This document shows positions 1-16,067 of a stretch of 64,000 nt of DNA, in pieces (within the stretch, counting starts at the first letter, position 1; each line of letters opens with the position of its first letter). The stretch is from the human T2T-CHM13v2.0 reference genome, Homo sapiens. Below the pieces are notes generated by a model. The model did no database searches, was not told the DNA's origin, and saw nothing but the letters and a program-made list of their open reading frames with translations. The DNA is taken from NCBI RefSeq assembly GCF_009914755.1, contig NC_060940.1. One strand, written 5' to 3'. The position numbers and the translations under genes were made by a program.

Positions 1-446
1 TTTCCTGTAACATCATGTTGTAAACCTCAAATATACACAATAAAATTTATCTTAAAAATGAATAAATTACATGGAAACACTGTTTTTATAATATAGGACA
101 AGACTGAAAGACTGTTAGTGTTACTCATTCTAAGATAGATGATGTTATTTTTCCAGCATTAAGTAGTTTTGTTAAAAATGTACCTTCTTCTTGGTAAACA
201 AATTTGGTAGAACCCTATTGTGGAATATTTCAAATAACAAAGTTATTTTAAAATATAAATATGAAATGTTAGAAATTTCAATAACATGGAAATATATTAA
301 TTTGAGATACTGTGCTTAACACTTTACCTGCAAATAAAATGTGTGGATATTTGGATATATAATTTGGATTTAAATTATATTCTCCATCTTACTAACTGGG
401 TCTATGTTGGTAATATTTATTAGCATTAAGTTTTTTGAGATTAACA

Positions 447-754
<308 letters not shown>

Positions 755-1429
755 TAGCATTGTTGGTAATCTCTCAGAAGTGGCTGTTGCAATGAGACCA
801 CGTGAAAGAATCCAGTGTATTTACTCCATTGCTTCTTCACCCTCTCTGCTAAAAGCCGGTCATAAAGTGTGTTCACATCTCAGAGTGAAACTGTGAGGAA
901 AGATTAATGCTTTACTTTCTGAGAAAAATCAGTAAAAATAAATAGAAAGCACTTTTAAAAAATGTGATCCAGTTGGGCAGCAGTTATATATGACAATTGA
1001 AATAGGAATAAGGAAATGATAAATGGAGTTTCAGAGATGCAGCTAGCATTAGCCTACATCACCCGAGCAATACAGATCAGAAGGCTTTTGAGCAATCCCT
1101 GACGTTTCAAATATTAGAACAATTAACTTCAACTAATCTAAACTGTAGGATGTCATGCAAAGTAAAGGAAGAATAAAATAATGCACAAAACCCTTGTATG
1201 ACTAAGTGATAAGAATTAACATCAGCGTAATGTGATAGATTAGACACAATGAGCAGCAACGCAATGAACATCTCCTCCTCTCCTCCAGATAATTCCAGCC
1301 ATCACATCACATTGCTTTTTATAATAAAATGGATTCGCCTTCTCTTTGTAGCCTGTCTTTCTCCATTTTTGTTCTTAGTTGTGACATTGGGTCTTTACTA
1401 TCCTTTTCATGTTCTTTCACTTTGTCCTT

Positions 1430-1445
1430 TGTGTGTGTGTGTGTG
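1430..1445. repeat. Short (TG)n microsatellite
   Basis: tgtgtgtgtgtgtgtg. Confidence 0.85.
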
Positions 1446-2025
1446 ATTTATGCCTATCTTAAAGAGTCCTATTCAGAACTGCCTCTTATTGTCTTCTAAA
1501 AAATGTTTTAGGACCTAATGCTAATCAGTGTATTGAACACGTGTCCTTGACTTGCTAACACTGAGGACTTAGCATCCAGTCACTGCTGTTATCGTAGACT
1601 CACAAACATTGTCCAGCCACAGAAATGATGGAGAGAAAAGAATCAATCATTTTTAAAGCTGAAATGTGACAGTGGTCATTTTCTATTTTGGTTTGTAAAC
1701 TCAGCATTTTCGTAGAAGCTTCTTAAATTAGCCTTGAATTGATTTTTATTCAACCAGCTCCGCAATTTTTGTTTCCAGTCTCAATTCTTTTACTGACAGG
1801 TTTTCAAACGGGGCTAAATTTATTTCAGTACTTTGTGACTCTCACCTGGAGGAGAAGTAAGGACCCCTGACATAGTCAGAAGTAACTTGCTTTGCATTTG
1901 AATTGCATGGAATCTATAAATATTTATCGACTTTTTAGAGTGAACAATTTCTAAAAACCACATGCAAAGGTTGATGTTGAACTCTAAACATATTGAAGCT
2001 CTGAGACTGTAGTGATGAATCTCAG

Positions 2026-2062
<37 letters not shown>

Positions 2063-2071
2063 CATGTGTGT
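2026..2071. repeat. (TG)n microsatellite (~17 perfect units plus a short tail)
   Basis: Direct read of the TG run. Confidence 0.95.
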
Positions 2072-5000
2072 ATTTCTGTGATTTCACCTGGGAGTGAAAT
2101 TTCTAGGTCACGGCATATGCATAGGCTAAGCACAGGAAATAGTGCCATATCTCTATTCACCATTGGATAGCTTCCTTTATAAAGTGGCTGTTCAGATCTG
2201 TTGCCCGTTTTCTATGAGATTGTCTTATTTTTTTTAAAAAAAACTTCATAAGAATTCTTTATATATTTTAGGTGAGTCCTTTTCATATAAATTTATTATA
2301 AGATCTTCGACCTCTCTGTGAGTTGATTGTGCTTTCATATTGTTAATAGTGTCTTTGAATGGACACAAGTTATTAATTATAATATATTCCAGATTTTTAT
2401 TTTTTTAATTTCGGTTTTTTATATGCTAAAATGTAGTTATGGGAAGAGAATATCAAGCAGCCTTAGGTTTGAATTCAGTACAATAGAGGTCGCATTTCTC
2501 TTTAATATAATCAAATTGTTTATCTTAATTACGCACTTCTCCCATCCTTGAGGCATCTTTTTCATGATTAGCCTAAGACGCCCCGAGTGTACTTTTCTAT
2601 ATCCAGTAGGTAAATCTTAGCGATCATTGACTGAGGTCAGAATTCAGATGGGATGTCTGGGGACAAGAGAATGTGATTATTCATCAGTGAACAACAGCTG
2701 ATTTCTCTAAAATAGGCCTTAGCATGGTCAAACTAGAGACTCGCTCTGGCTTCAGTGTGTGCGAAGTCTAAATAGACTCGTTCTTTCTGCTGCTACTACG
2801 ACTGGGGCACGTTTTCACCCCTGACTTTGGTTCAGGGAAAAGTGACTGAATTTTCTTCCCATGACACTGTCACTTGCAACAGCTGCCTCTTTGAACCACG
2901 ATAGTTCTTTGAACACAAGGAAGAATAGTCCTGTTCCTCCCCTCCTTTCCAGGACTTTGCTTAATGAAGAACATTGCGTGACAAACTTAGAGCTGGGCCT
3001 CCAGATTCCCTACCTTCTATGTTAACCAACAGCACTATTTCTGCAAGGCAGAGTTTTCCACCAGGAAGCGAACAGGGTTGACGGTCCAATGCTTGACATA
3101 TAGAAGACAACTTTTTCCCTTCAATCTCCTGACTTGGTCCTGGGCCCAGCCTGCATGCCCTGTCACTATTCTGCCCCAAGTTAATTTGTGGTTGAGGCTT
3201 TGCCTGTTTTTCTTTGCCATAGTGTCAAAGTCAGGCAGTGTCCTTGTACTGTGCCAGGCAAATCTCTATAGCTTTGAATTTTAAAGAGAAGGTTGAGGAT
3301 CTTGATTTCTTTATTTCTGTAAGGCCCCTGGGTGAGTGGGTGAGTTATGCAGTTGTTCCCAATTAATTCTCAATAATATTCAAGCACAGCACATGAATAA
3401 TTTGCCATTAAAAATTTAAAGTGTAATCTCAAAGGTCTTTCTGCCACAAAAATAGTGGAAAATTGGCATAGGAAAGAACCAGCTTCTACTCCATGACAAT
3501 AACGTCTGTCGCTTATAGTAATTTCCTGAGAATAATAAACATGAGGAAAGGGTTTGGTGCTGGGTCTCTACTCAGCACCCAGAGAAATTATTCAGATGCA
3601 GGCCCTCAATACCATTGCATAAGTGGACAGGTTCAGTTAAACTCAATAAACACGGAAAGGTTGGGCATTTGTTTCACAGGATACTCAGTGTTTGTGAAGT
3701 CCCGAAATTCATTATATCTGATATAACATGGCAGGTAAATTGATAGAAAATTAATTGGAAGACAGTTCCAAACGTAATAGCTCAGTGGAAACATCCAGAA
3801 TCAATTAACCAAACTGCAACTCATTTTAATTGGACACACTCTAACCCTGAAAAGGCACTGGAATCTTTAATTAAGCTTTCAAGCCCAGTCCTATTTACAT
3901 TAGCCACGTTTTTCAAATAGTTACATCTGAAAATAAAGTTATTGACTTGAAACCTAACAGTAAAGGAAAAATTCTAAATACATGTATGACACAACGGTTT
4001 GTGTCTAATTAGACATTATGTTTTCTGGTCATTTAGAGTGTGGCTTAAAACTATTTGGTTAGGTAAATAACGAAAGTACAGAATTAAGATGTCATGTTTT
4101 TAAAGTTGTGTACTGATTTTCTTCTCACTCTTACAAATATTATCTAAGCATATATTTCACATGTATATACATTTATTTTCTTCTGCTACTCACCCCACAC
4201 TCTGACTTTCTTCTTTACTGTGTATTTATTTTTATTATCTTGTAGTAATCTTGTGTTTCCCCATCTAAATTTATTACTAGAGCTTTTTGTCAGCAAGATT
4301 GATTTCATATAGTTTCATACCTTCAGTGCCCAGAAAGAGCTGCTAAATAAAGCTTGGAGAGCTGAAGTGTTGTTCAATCCAAAGATGAGCTGATGCATAC
4401 AAGAAAACGGATAAGTCTTCTTTTACCAGATAGTGGTGTGAAGTGCAAAGAAACTTCCTTGGAATGGAAGGCTATCTGTGGGTCTGAATCCTGCCTCTGC
4501 CTCTAACGAAATGTGTTTATTCTAGTATTTCCTCAGATGGACCTGTGGACCAATCTTTGAAATTCTCTATGCCCCTAGTTTCCCATCATCCAAAACAAAC
4601 TAAACAAACACAAAAAAATCAGAACAGCTGGAAATGGACTTTAGTCAGTTGTTGGACCCCAAGTTATTTAGTTACGTTGTTACTGGCAGAATGAGATAAG
4701 CCTGTGAGTTAGGGAGACTGTGCATGTTTCAGAGCAGCAAATGTATAACAATGTGATTTAATGTTACTGTATACTGTAGACTGTATACCATGATTTAATG
4801 TGGGATAATACAAAGTAAATTAAATACACCAAGAGCACACCTTTAATTCAGAGTTCACAGAATGTGGCCCCCCTGCAAAAAGTTCCTGTGCCAAAGTGAA
4901 AACCAAGATGTGAGCTGGACCTTACCCAGGGAAGAAATATCCAACAAGGACGCCAAAAGAATCCTGGCCAAAGACTTTGAGCCCTGGGAGCTCACTGAGT

Positions 5001-5120
5001 TGAGTCAACAGAGTGGAAGAATAGGGAGGTGTGAAGATAAAGAAGTAGCAGCTCTGGTAAGGAAGAAAAAGAAAAATCCTGAGGATAAGGGCAGAAGAGA
5101 GACTTCAAGAACGGCAGGTC

Positions 5121-5805
5121 CTCAAAAAACTACAAATAGAACTACAATGTGATCCAGCAATCTCAATAATGGGCATTTATCCAAAGAAAAGAAAATCAGT
5201 GTATTGAAAAGACAGCTGCACCCCTAAGTTTATTGCAACACTATTGACAATAGCCAAGATGTGGAATCAACCCAGTTGTCCAATAACAAATGAATCGATA
5301 AAAAAAAAGTGGTGTATATATGTAATGGAATACAATTCAGGCATAAAAAAGAATAAAATCCTGTCACTCACAGCAACATGGATGGAACTGAAGGGCATTA
5401 TGTTTAGTGAAATAAACCAGGAACAGAAAGTTAAACACAGCATGGTATCACTCATATAAGGAAGCTAAGGAAAGGGTGATCTCATAAGTAAAAAGTAGAA
5501 CAGAGGATACTAGAAGATGGGGAGGGTACAGGGAAGGGGCACAGAGATTTGTTAAAGGATATACTATTACAGCTAGACAGGAGGAAAAAGTTCTAGTGTT
5601 GTATGCCACTGTAGAATGACTATAGTTTACAATAATATGTAGTTTCAAATAACTAGGAAGATATTGAATGTTCCCAACACTAAAAAATGATAAATGTTTG
5701 AGGTGATGGTGATGCTAACTACTCTGATCTGATCACTAATATCATGTATATCACAACATTATGTACCCCATAAATATGAACAATTATTATGTGTCTATTA
5801 ATTTT
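5121..5805 (+). mobile_element. LINE-1 3' fragment (L1MA-like ORF2 end + 3' UTR)
   Basis: gatccagcaatc..., acaatagccaagatgtggaatcaacc, aacatggatggaactg, tgtaccccataaatatg. Translation TIAKMWNQPSCP resembles the ORF2 C-terminus. Confidence 0.9.
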
Positions 5806-6794
5806 TACAACAGAACAACAAAAAGGAATAAACAACTCAATTGGGCACCCATATTAAAAATCTTAAAAAAAAAAATGGCAGAAGTAAATGTAAATGTAGG
5901 AGGAATTAAACAAGAAGATTTCCAGGCATTCCAAAACTCTGTGATGAAATTAACTCCATGCCTACCATGCCCACTTGTGACAATGGCAATATGTTGACAC
6001 TCTCTAGATTTATAAATAGATTTATAAATAGAACAGCCAACACCCTTAAGACCTTGGCATCCTTCACTGAGGAGAAACCAAGTATGTAAATGGAAACATT
6101 TTGAATAGACATTTAAATACAGCAATTTGGATATAGTTATAGCTATGAATCTGAATTCTGAATAGTGTTAGTGTCCGTAAGTCCAGAATTCTCAGGAATT
6201 CTTAGAGGTTCCTTTTCATAGTCTTTCATTATTTGCAAAGAGATAATTAGTTTATTAGAAATGTTCATTAAATTCGGGCCTCATTCTCAGTCTCAGAGAC
6301 CCAAGCATCTCTGTGGGGCAAAAGGGGTCCCCCTTTACCCTTGAAGCACTATGCCCATTTCTCCCATTTCTATGTATATTGTGGTTTAACAAATGAATGG
6401 ATGGATTTCATAGTTATAACACAGAAATTATTTGTCTACCACTGTTCTTTGTGCTGGATATACAGTAGCAATTGAAGTAGCCCTTGTTGAATGAAGGCTA
6501 GGTTAAGGAGCTACCTAAATGATTTGGAAGAAACGAAGTGAACATGTTTTAGGAAAAGAGAATTTATATGTAAAGAGTACATACAAGGTCCTGGTGATGA
6601 GACACCATCATTTATCCAAAGATGGAGCTTCTTTTTAGAGGCCTCATAACCATCTAATTGCCTCTCAATAGAATTGCCAGGTTATTTAGGTTAGGGTACT
6701 CTTTTCCCGCTTCAAGTTCTGAGCATTAACTTAAGAGTATTCCTGGACACAAATTTATGTATGAATCTACCCAGGGCTTACACTTCTATCAGGG

Positions 6795-6986
6795 TAGTGC
6801 TTATACAATGATGGTCTAGTGATCATCTGAATTAGAATCTCCTGCAAGCTTTGTTAACTGTTGAGATTCACAACCCTATTTTTGGACCACAGAACCAGTA
6901 TTTCTTGGAGCAAGCTACCGAGTCTATTTATTAGAAGCTCTCCGTGTGATTATGTGTTACCCATATTTCTTAAAGTTTGAGAAACT
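6795..6986. mobile_element. MER5-like hAT MITE, degraded
   Basis: catctgaattagaatctcctg...gtgattatgtgttac...aagtttgagaaactct, resembling MER5 ends. Confidence 0.45.
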
Positions 6987-7698
6987 CTACCTTAGAATAA
7001 TAGGGTCTGATTCCAACCCAACATTGTAGACCTCTTCAAGGATGACTTGATAGGTACATATGGTTATGTATTCAATAAACGTTACCGTTACATCACTTAT
7101 TTCTGTATCGATCCCCTTTTGCAATTTTGTTAAGAATCTTTCCAAGCATAAAACACTGAACACTAGACTAATCTTTAGAAAAACAATCACTGGGAAATAT
7201 GTCAGCCAAAAACAAATAATCTGACATTCAATTACCATCTTTTCAATGAATGGATAACAACCAAAGGACCATATCAATGCACCATCAGAAGATCTCAAGG
7301 ACTCCTTCATAATTCTCACAAAGTTAAAACTGTACCAGAATCAAGATCAGGTTTAAATATGAAGGACAAACCACACTTACCCAGCAATATATACTTATTC
7401 AAATTCCCAGAAAGTAGTTTCTACATTAAAATAACGATACATGTCACTGTTATTTTCAATGAGAGTAGTGTATGACCTCTATTTTATTCCTCAATTTAAA
7501 GATCAATAAATATTTTTTAGAAAAAAAATGTAACATATTCAACTTTTAAAAAAATTGAATTAAAGTTGTATCTTTCTTGGAGTCTATATTTGACCATGAA
7601 TTGTGTTTCCAAAATTATATTTGCTCATCCATTTTTTTTGCCGTTCTCTGTAAGGCCTCAGTTTTGTTTGGTCTTTAAACCCTGAATAAAACACCTAG

Positions 7699-8055
<357 letters not shown>

Positions 8056-8312
8056 TGAAACAAAAAAAATTCAATTTCTGAATTGCTTTGGCAAAGTATC
8101 TGTTGAATGTAAAGAATGAGTACAAGATCCTGGTGATGAGACAGCATCATATATTCAAAGATGGAGCGCATCATATTTCATTACTTAAATATTTGACTCA
8201 TTTATGAAAAACTAGTGTTTGTTGATGGTAAATCCATTAATAGTCACCTTTATGTATTATAAAGTGTTAGTTGCTCAATCTGCTTTTTTCTACCTAGTGT
8301 TGATGCTCTTAA

Positions 8313-8683
<371 letters not shown>

Positions 8684-10225
8684 CTGTTACTATTGTATTT
8701 GTTGAAGATATTCAACAATGCAAGGATATTTAAGATGCATTGTTTTTTATTTGAGTTTTTCAGACATAGTTTTTCCAGAAATATAAACAATATACCATTA
8801 AATATCGATGCATTACAAAAATAGACACATTTATACATTAATCATACATTTTATTGTATGATATGTTGAATATCTGCTGGTGAAATAAAATAGTAGAATA
8901 CTTTTCAGCTTCTCTCATTATCTGATATGCCTCATGGAAGAAGAAAAGAACAGTTGTAGGATTAAGTGTTCTGGACAGACTTCCATGAATATACAAACAT
9001 TTATTACTCTTTCATAGTTCCTCATAGAAGACTGACATCCAATTTAAATTCATTTACTTTATTTAAAGTGTCTCTTGGCTATTGAACCTTTTCCTGAAGG
9101 AGGCTAACAAAACTTGGCTCCAGATTAAAACAACTCCTGACTTACAAAGAAAGCATGGGATGAGTTAATAAAAAGATGGCCAAATGCTCTTTTCAAGTCA
9201 TCTGCTTTTCTCAGGAATAATCTATAATTTACAAATCAACTTGTGATCATAATCATATACTGCTGGTACCATTCTAGGACACTTTTCATGTTTAAAGTGA
9301 TCATTAAGACCACTTCATTAAAATATCATGTCTTTGTTTTCTGGATATAAATAATTTCCAGTTCATCTTGCTAAGTGCAACCGTAAATGTTACTCTGTAT
9401 GCACATATTATATTGAATATAAAATGCGTGTTATAGATAATAAAATAATGAAACAATTAAAAACTCTAAGATGTCAAGGGAGCCTAAACATTACTGTATG
9501 ATCCAGTAAGTATCATCTACAACTTGTATTCAATAACCAGTCCTTTTTCAGTAATGGAGAGAAGCAGATTCAGGGATTTAAAACTAGTTATTTCTTCTGC
9601 CATCTTCTTCATTTTCATACATATGTATTTGGTGTGTGTGTGTGAGAGAGACAGAGGAAGACAGAGAGAATTTGGGATATTAATCTCATACCAGGAAAAT
9701 ACTACACTTTTGTAAAATGATTTAAAAGAGGTTGGTTAGTTCTGTTTGTTGATCCTGTTTCCCTGTATCATGTTAATACTAGACTTAGCTTTCTTTTTAT
9801 AGTACACAATAACTATGAGAAAATGTTTAGACATAAAGGAAAATTTCTGCCTCTTGATCCTGGGAAAGAAGAGAGTCTCTCAAACATCCTTCCTTCCTAA
9901 CTATTTTGTAGATAGGAGGCCCTAGACTTCCTTTAAGATACACTTCATTTAAGATTGTACTATCTGCAATATAACAGATGGGAGTTAAAATTTAAATAAA
10001 AAAGTAGATGATCAAGGAGATAGAAGACAAGCCTGGTTTGTGTTTGAACTCAGATAAGAAAGCATTTAACTTTCAACTGTAAAATTATACTAGTGCATTA
10101 ATTATATGTCATTTTAACAGAAAGCCATTTCAAAGATCATTATGAAAGCTCTATTAACTTACTTTATTATTTGATTCTATTTTGGGGTTGGTTCTTCTAT
10201 CTATGCAATTCATTAAAGAAACTAA

Positions 10226-10570
<345 letters not shown>

Positions 10571-11849
10571 TAGCTCTGTAATAATATGGATCATTCTCGT
10601 GTTCTGGCTTCTCAAGCTACAAACAGAAAAATGGAGTGTGCCTGTTTTTTGTAGTCATATTTTTAGTACTATCCTATAAGTATAATCTAAAAGGATTATT
10701 TAAAATGATTAAGATGCCCTTATCTCTTTATGATTTTGATAATTTTACATATTCAATGTATAATTTTATTTATATAAAACATTTATTATATTATTGTTAG
10801 AAGCTCCTTGACTATTCCATATGGCTATCAATATTTGTTTCATAGTTCATTTTGAAATAAGGTGTCTTGTTGTATGTAACTATTTCCTGCAAATCAAAGT
10901 AAAGAAACATTAAGGGAGTGTTAATAAACCAGCATTTTGAGTAAGAATATGTCCACAAGATGACCTTTTAGTTGTACTTTTAGTTAAAAAAATCATCATG
11001 GGAAAAAAATGTTATATCCATGCAGTGTTAAGGGAATGTAGATTAGGAAATGTGTTTCCTACAGAAAACCATTTACTGCTATTTTTCTCTTTCCCACATC
11101 TAGATTAAAGGTAAAAATTTTGGAAATAACTTCTCTGGATAAGAAAAGCAAACATACAAACATGTGACTATATCATTTCAACTGATTCAAATATATCCCA
11201 AGGGTACTGTACTGAACACCAAAATAAAAATAAGATTGTTCGATAAGTGTATTTATTCTTACTGTGCATTTTGAGCTTGAAGCTTATTTATATATTAGGG
11301 CATTTTCTTTGTCAAATTGAAAGATATCCTGTGAAATAAATTAACTGACATCTCTGCAGGCAATTAAATGAGTAGTACTAATTGTGATGGTAAATTTGGC
11401 TTAAAATCATTCATCTTACCATTATTTCATTTCAAAGTCTATGACCATGACTACTTGGACATATTTCTTCTCTTTAGTAAAACTACATTTGTGTTTAATA
11501 ATTTCATTAATTGTTGTATTTCCAGAGTGTGAGATATATTTTTTAAATATAGGAACAGAATATTATTGCAATATTAAGCAATAGGTTGGCATTTCAGAAA
11601 TACTTAATATTATTTTTTAAGTGAGAGGCAAGTGCAGAGATTTGCATATGCTTAATCTGAGTTGATGTTAAATTAAAAGATTTGCAGGAAAGAGAGTGCT
11701 TGTGTGCAACATACTTGGTCATGATTTTGCAAATACATTATTGCAATTTCACTTGGAAACTGACTCTTGGGGATTATAAAAAGGTATCTTCCAATTTTTC
11801 CCTCGAAATGAATAAATAGCAACAAAAAATCACTCTGATTTTTAAGTAA

Positions 11850-12044
<195 letters not shown>

Positions 12045-12888
12045 TAGTAAATTCAGCAGAAGCAATCATTTTAATGACTCTCCAGCATGAAGGATCTCAA
12101 GCAGAAATTTGATAATGAACACAATAAGCAGAGACACTTTCATTGGTCTTCTTCTGCAGATAATAGACCTCAAATGTAGTCAGGATTCTTTTAAGCAATA
12201 AGATTTTGTTCATTATATTATTAACATCGGATACTTTAAATGCCAATCTTTTCTAACTTGTTTCTGCTCAGAAGGAAAATGATGTCATAGTGTGCTACTG
12301 GTAGGACCATTGCTATGCTAATGAAACCGGTTTACTTTAGATAAATGCAGTAATAAATCTATCAGAAAATAATGATTGTAATATCAGAATTTTTGTTAAT
12401 GATATGAGTCACAGCAAAGAAAATGGAATTATTCATGGAGCCAGTTTTTGAAGAAAAGCACTAATAATTTTTTGGTTCTCTGCCTAGAAGAAAATTTCTT
12501 AGCTGCCTACCTCAAATAAAAATACCAAGTAAAAGTGTTAAGGTGAAAAATAACCTTTTGTATCTTTTTGTTGGCTTCATCAATTTTGGATTCCTTATCC
12601 AGTGGAGAAAAATAAAATGATACAAGGGGATAGAAGGTAGGGTGCACTGGCATCTGAGGGTAGTATAGAAATAATATTAATATTGTATTATATATTAATA
12701 ATTATATAATAACACTTAGAAAAACCTTTCTAAGTGGCTAAGCTTTTAAATTTTGTTTTTTTCTAAATGTTTGGGGCCATGCTAACAATTGCTTAATGTA
12801 TCTTTTTCTCTTGTCCTCTGTTGCTTCCTGTCTTCTCAACAAAACGTCATCCATTTGGATGTTTTTATCTTGTGTAATAATTTTGTAG

Positions 12889-12976
12889 ATTGACGATAAT
12901 AGAAGGAGACAAGTTCACCTGTCATCAGGCACAGAATTCAGTGCAGTCAAATCTCTGGTATTGGGCAGGATTTTAG
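12889..12976 (+). CDS. CNTNAP4: CNTNAP4 internal coding exon (laminin-G4), 88 nt, phase 0-1
   Basis: Acceptor ttttgtAG and donor TAG|gtaagt. Translates IDDNRRRQVHLSSGTEFSAVKSLVLGRIL. Phases match both neighbouring exons. Confidence 0.94.
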
Positions 12977-15605
12977 GTAAGTGAAAGAAACAACCTTTCC
13001 CCTAACCATGCTAATCATGATACATAAGCATGGATCAGAAAAGTCATATTACACACACCCACTTCGTCATGGCAAAGGAAATCCCTTGCCTATTTTGATT
13101 ATGAAGTGAGTGATAATCAAGACAGAGGCAAATGCAGGCATGAGTAGGGGCGTCCTGTGTGATGAGCAAGCATCTTCCTTTGATGGTAAGGTCACTCTGG
13201 TCTCAGTCCTGTCTCAATAAAGTATAATGAAATATGGTATTATTCTCACATTTCAAAAATATTAAATAATTGAAAATAAAAAATAACAAAGTATGTATTA
13301 ATTAGGTGCCAAATATACAAACTTTCCTCTAATGATAAAACTAAGATTAGATTTAAAAAATGGAAGAAGAATGCAATTACTTTTTCTTCTAGTTAGTTAA
13401 TATGTTTCAGGTTATGACTTGGATTCTATTTGCTTTGTTGCAATGTTGCCCTTGGCAGCCACGCTTGCTCAGATGCAATCTAAATGCCTTATAATGCTTA
13501 TTTATTTCCATCAATTACCTTTAATTACAGCACTGGAGTAGAAATGCACTGTTGCCATTTTAACATCAGAATATGTTTGCATTTTTTTACACTTGCCAAC
13601 AAGGATTAAATTGAAAAGTAAATTTTAATAGATATTTATTTTTTAGTTATACATTAATCATTAAGAGTATTGGAATTTCACCTTATTTGAGGAGAGGGGG
13701 GCTCTTGTAGCCTAATTTTTATTCCTACTCTGGTATTTGACACTAATCTGAAATATTTTGTCCAAGATAGTAAATGGAATTTTATTTTTTGACCTTTGCA
13801 GTTATTTGTACCTCAATTAATCATTCCTTATGTTGCCTGTAGCTAATCTCAGAACCTTGAGAATGTTTGATTAAACCCATAGGTGAATGATGAAAATATT
13901 GGCCCCTGAGGTTAATAGTTCAGCAAATAAATATTTACAGGCTTTCAAGTGCTATGATGAGCACCAAGATTATGTGTTCTTATTCTCCAAACAAACAGGG
14001 GAAATACCATGAATTGCAATGTTCTTCCATTATCTATAGTGGACAGAAAAAAATATGTGCAAAGTACTTCTTAGATGTTTGGAAGCTTAACTGAAAAATT
14101 CCAAGGGAGTCTCACAGTGTTATTATATAAATCCAGCTATTTAAGACTGACATGTGTATCATTTGCTCTAAGAATATGTATATAGCCAATAACATATTTA
14201 GCATGAAATGACGATTCTACTTTATTCCGTTGATTCAAATCTTGTCCCCTGATGTATAATTAACAGATAAGACCGTGTGCACTCTTAAGTCTGTGCACAT
14301 GGGTATTAGCTTTAGACAAAACTTCAGATGCATAGAAAAACATGGCTAGGCTCTCCCTTTGTTAAAAACAAAAGAGAATATATTCAGTTATTTCATATTT
14401 AGTATTGGGAAATATTTATAGCTATTTCAGGCCACTGTGGAGGTAAGAACATTAGTGTCTAGGAGACTATTCAGCTCTGGGTATGTAACTATCTAGCTCT
14501 GCCTATTTAGCTTTGGATATGTGACTAAGGTATTTCTGAACATTATTTTTTAATAACATTAGAGGGTCTTATTCCAGGTATAGCTATGGCATAGCGTAGG
14601 AAGCCAAAGAGAATTGTAAAAGTCTAAACAAACAAGCAGCAACAAAAACAAAGCCTCAACTGTTTTAACTGTGGGACCCATCTACTTCCCTACAGATGGC
14701 TCTCAGCTTTGGGGGAGGTAAGCGTGCAGGTGGCTGGGAAAGGGATGAGAGCCCCAGAGAGACCCAGGATGAGGCAAAGATGTAGGGATCATAGGGTGGA
14801 GCCCCAACCTCTGCAATGAGGCAATCTGTCTAAAAACCTCTTTGCTGAACATCAGGCTCACAGAAGACTCAGCTCCTTATTCTGTCCTCACTTAAGCCTA
14901 CCTGCCACATAACTATTGTTATTTACAGAATTAAAAATATGTGCAACTGTGATTTGGAAGAGTCCTCGTCCCCCAAACTCTACACTAGTACAGTAGATAC
15001 CATTAATGAGTGGAATTATAAGCTGATACTATGTCAAGATGTCAAGAAGAAATTTTAAGTAGGTTTTCTGTGCAAGATATTATACCACTGTGAGTAGAAA
15101 TATATTCAACATATTATAAAACAATTGGGAAGCTGATTTTCATCCTATAAGGAGGATTGTATTAACCAAACAGTAGAATAACATTCACTATATAAGTCCT
15201 CATTTCCCTTTTTGTAAATGAATAAGGGAGATTCCTATAGAATTAAAGACGTTAAGGTTTTTACTCAAGAGTTGCATATTATCCAAATATGCATATCATA
15301 TATGCTGAAAAGTGAAAGTCCAAACTGAGCAATGAACTTTATGGTCTCAGTCAACTGACTCTCCTAAAAGTATAAGTGATAATTTATTTGGCATATGTCT
15401 AAGGTATGGATCTTGATTAGGGACTAATCATTTGTAATTCAAAGGAAACCCATAACTTGTGGTCAAATTTTGTGTGGTATATGAATTTATAGCAACATGT
15501 TACATAGTATATCCTTATATTTTAATGCAGTATATTTATAGTGAAATAGATCAACAAGAGTTATTAATATTTCAAAGAGAATTGTTCTGTCTTGAAGTCA
15601 CTTAC

Positions 15606-16067
15606 TGTGTTAGTCCAGGTCCTCCAAACAACAGCTGTGAAGACAGGATTAAGCATATGAGGATTTTATTAAGGGAACAATCATGTAAGAGAAAATGTGA
15701 AGGAGCTGGCTAAGGCAGACAGGACCGTTAGATGTCCATGACACTCTGTCTACAGGGATGGAGAAAGAGAGGGAAAATTAGACAGAAGCACAGAAGTGTC
15801 TCAGACCAATGTGCAGTCTAAGAAAGATTTAGCAATGTTCAGGGAGCCATTGAGTTAAAGTCAGCCTCCAGAGGAGTCCCTTGTTTGCCAGGGATGAGCC
15901 TGTCTTGGAATGCCTGCTGTGACCTGCCACTGGCTGGGGGCAGTCCTTGGGAATCATGGCCTTGGTACAAGCATGAGGATGGATTTCAGAGCCCAGCAGT
16001 GGGGACCCTTGGTCAATTAATCTCCCTGTAGTTCGTGGTCTTTGAGGCACATTCTCACGTTTCCGCA
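15606..16067 (-). mobile_element. Solo ERVL LTR, LTR16-family-like
   Basis: TG...CA ends, 5-bp TSD cttac/cttat, and tttatt (AATAAA on - strand) near one end. Resembles the LTR16 consensus. Confidence 0.6.

Noticed and set aside
6987-7319. 110-aa minus-strand ORF in non-repeat intron sequence
   Set aside because: Non-ATG start, no recognisable domain, and a length compatible with chance.
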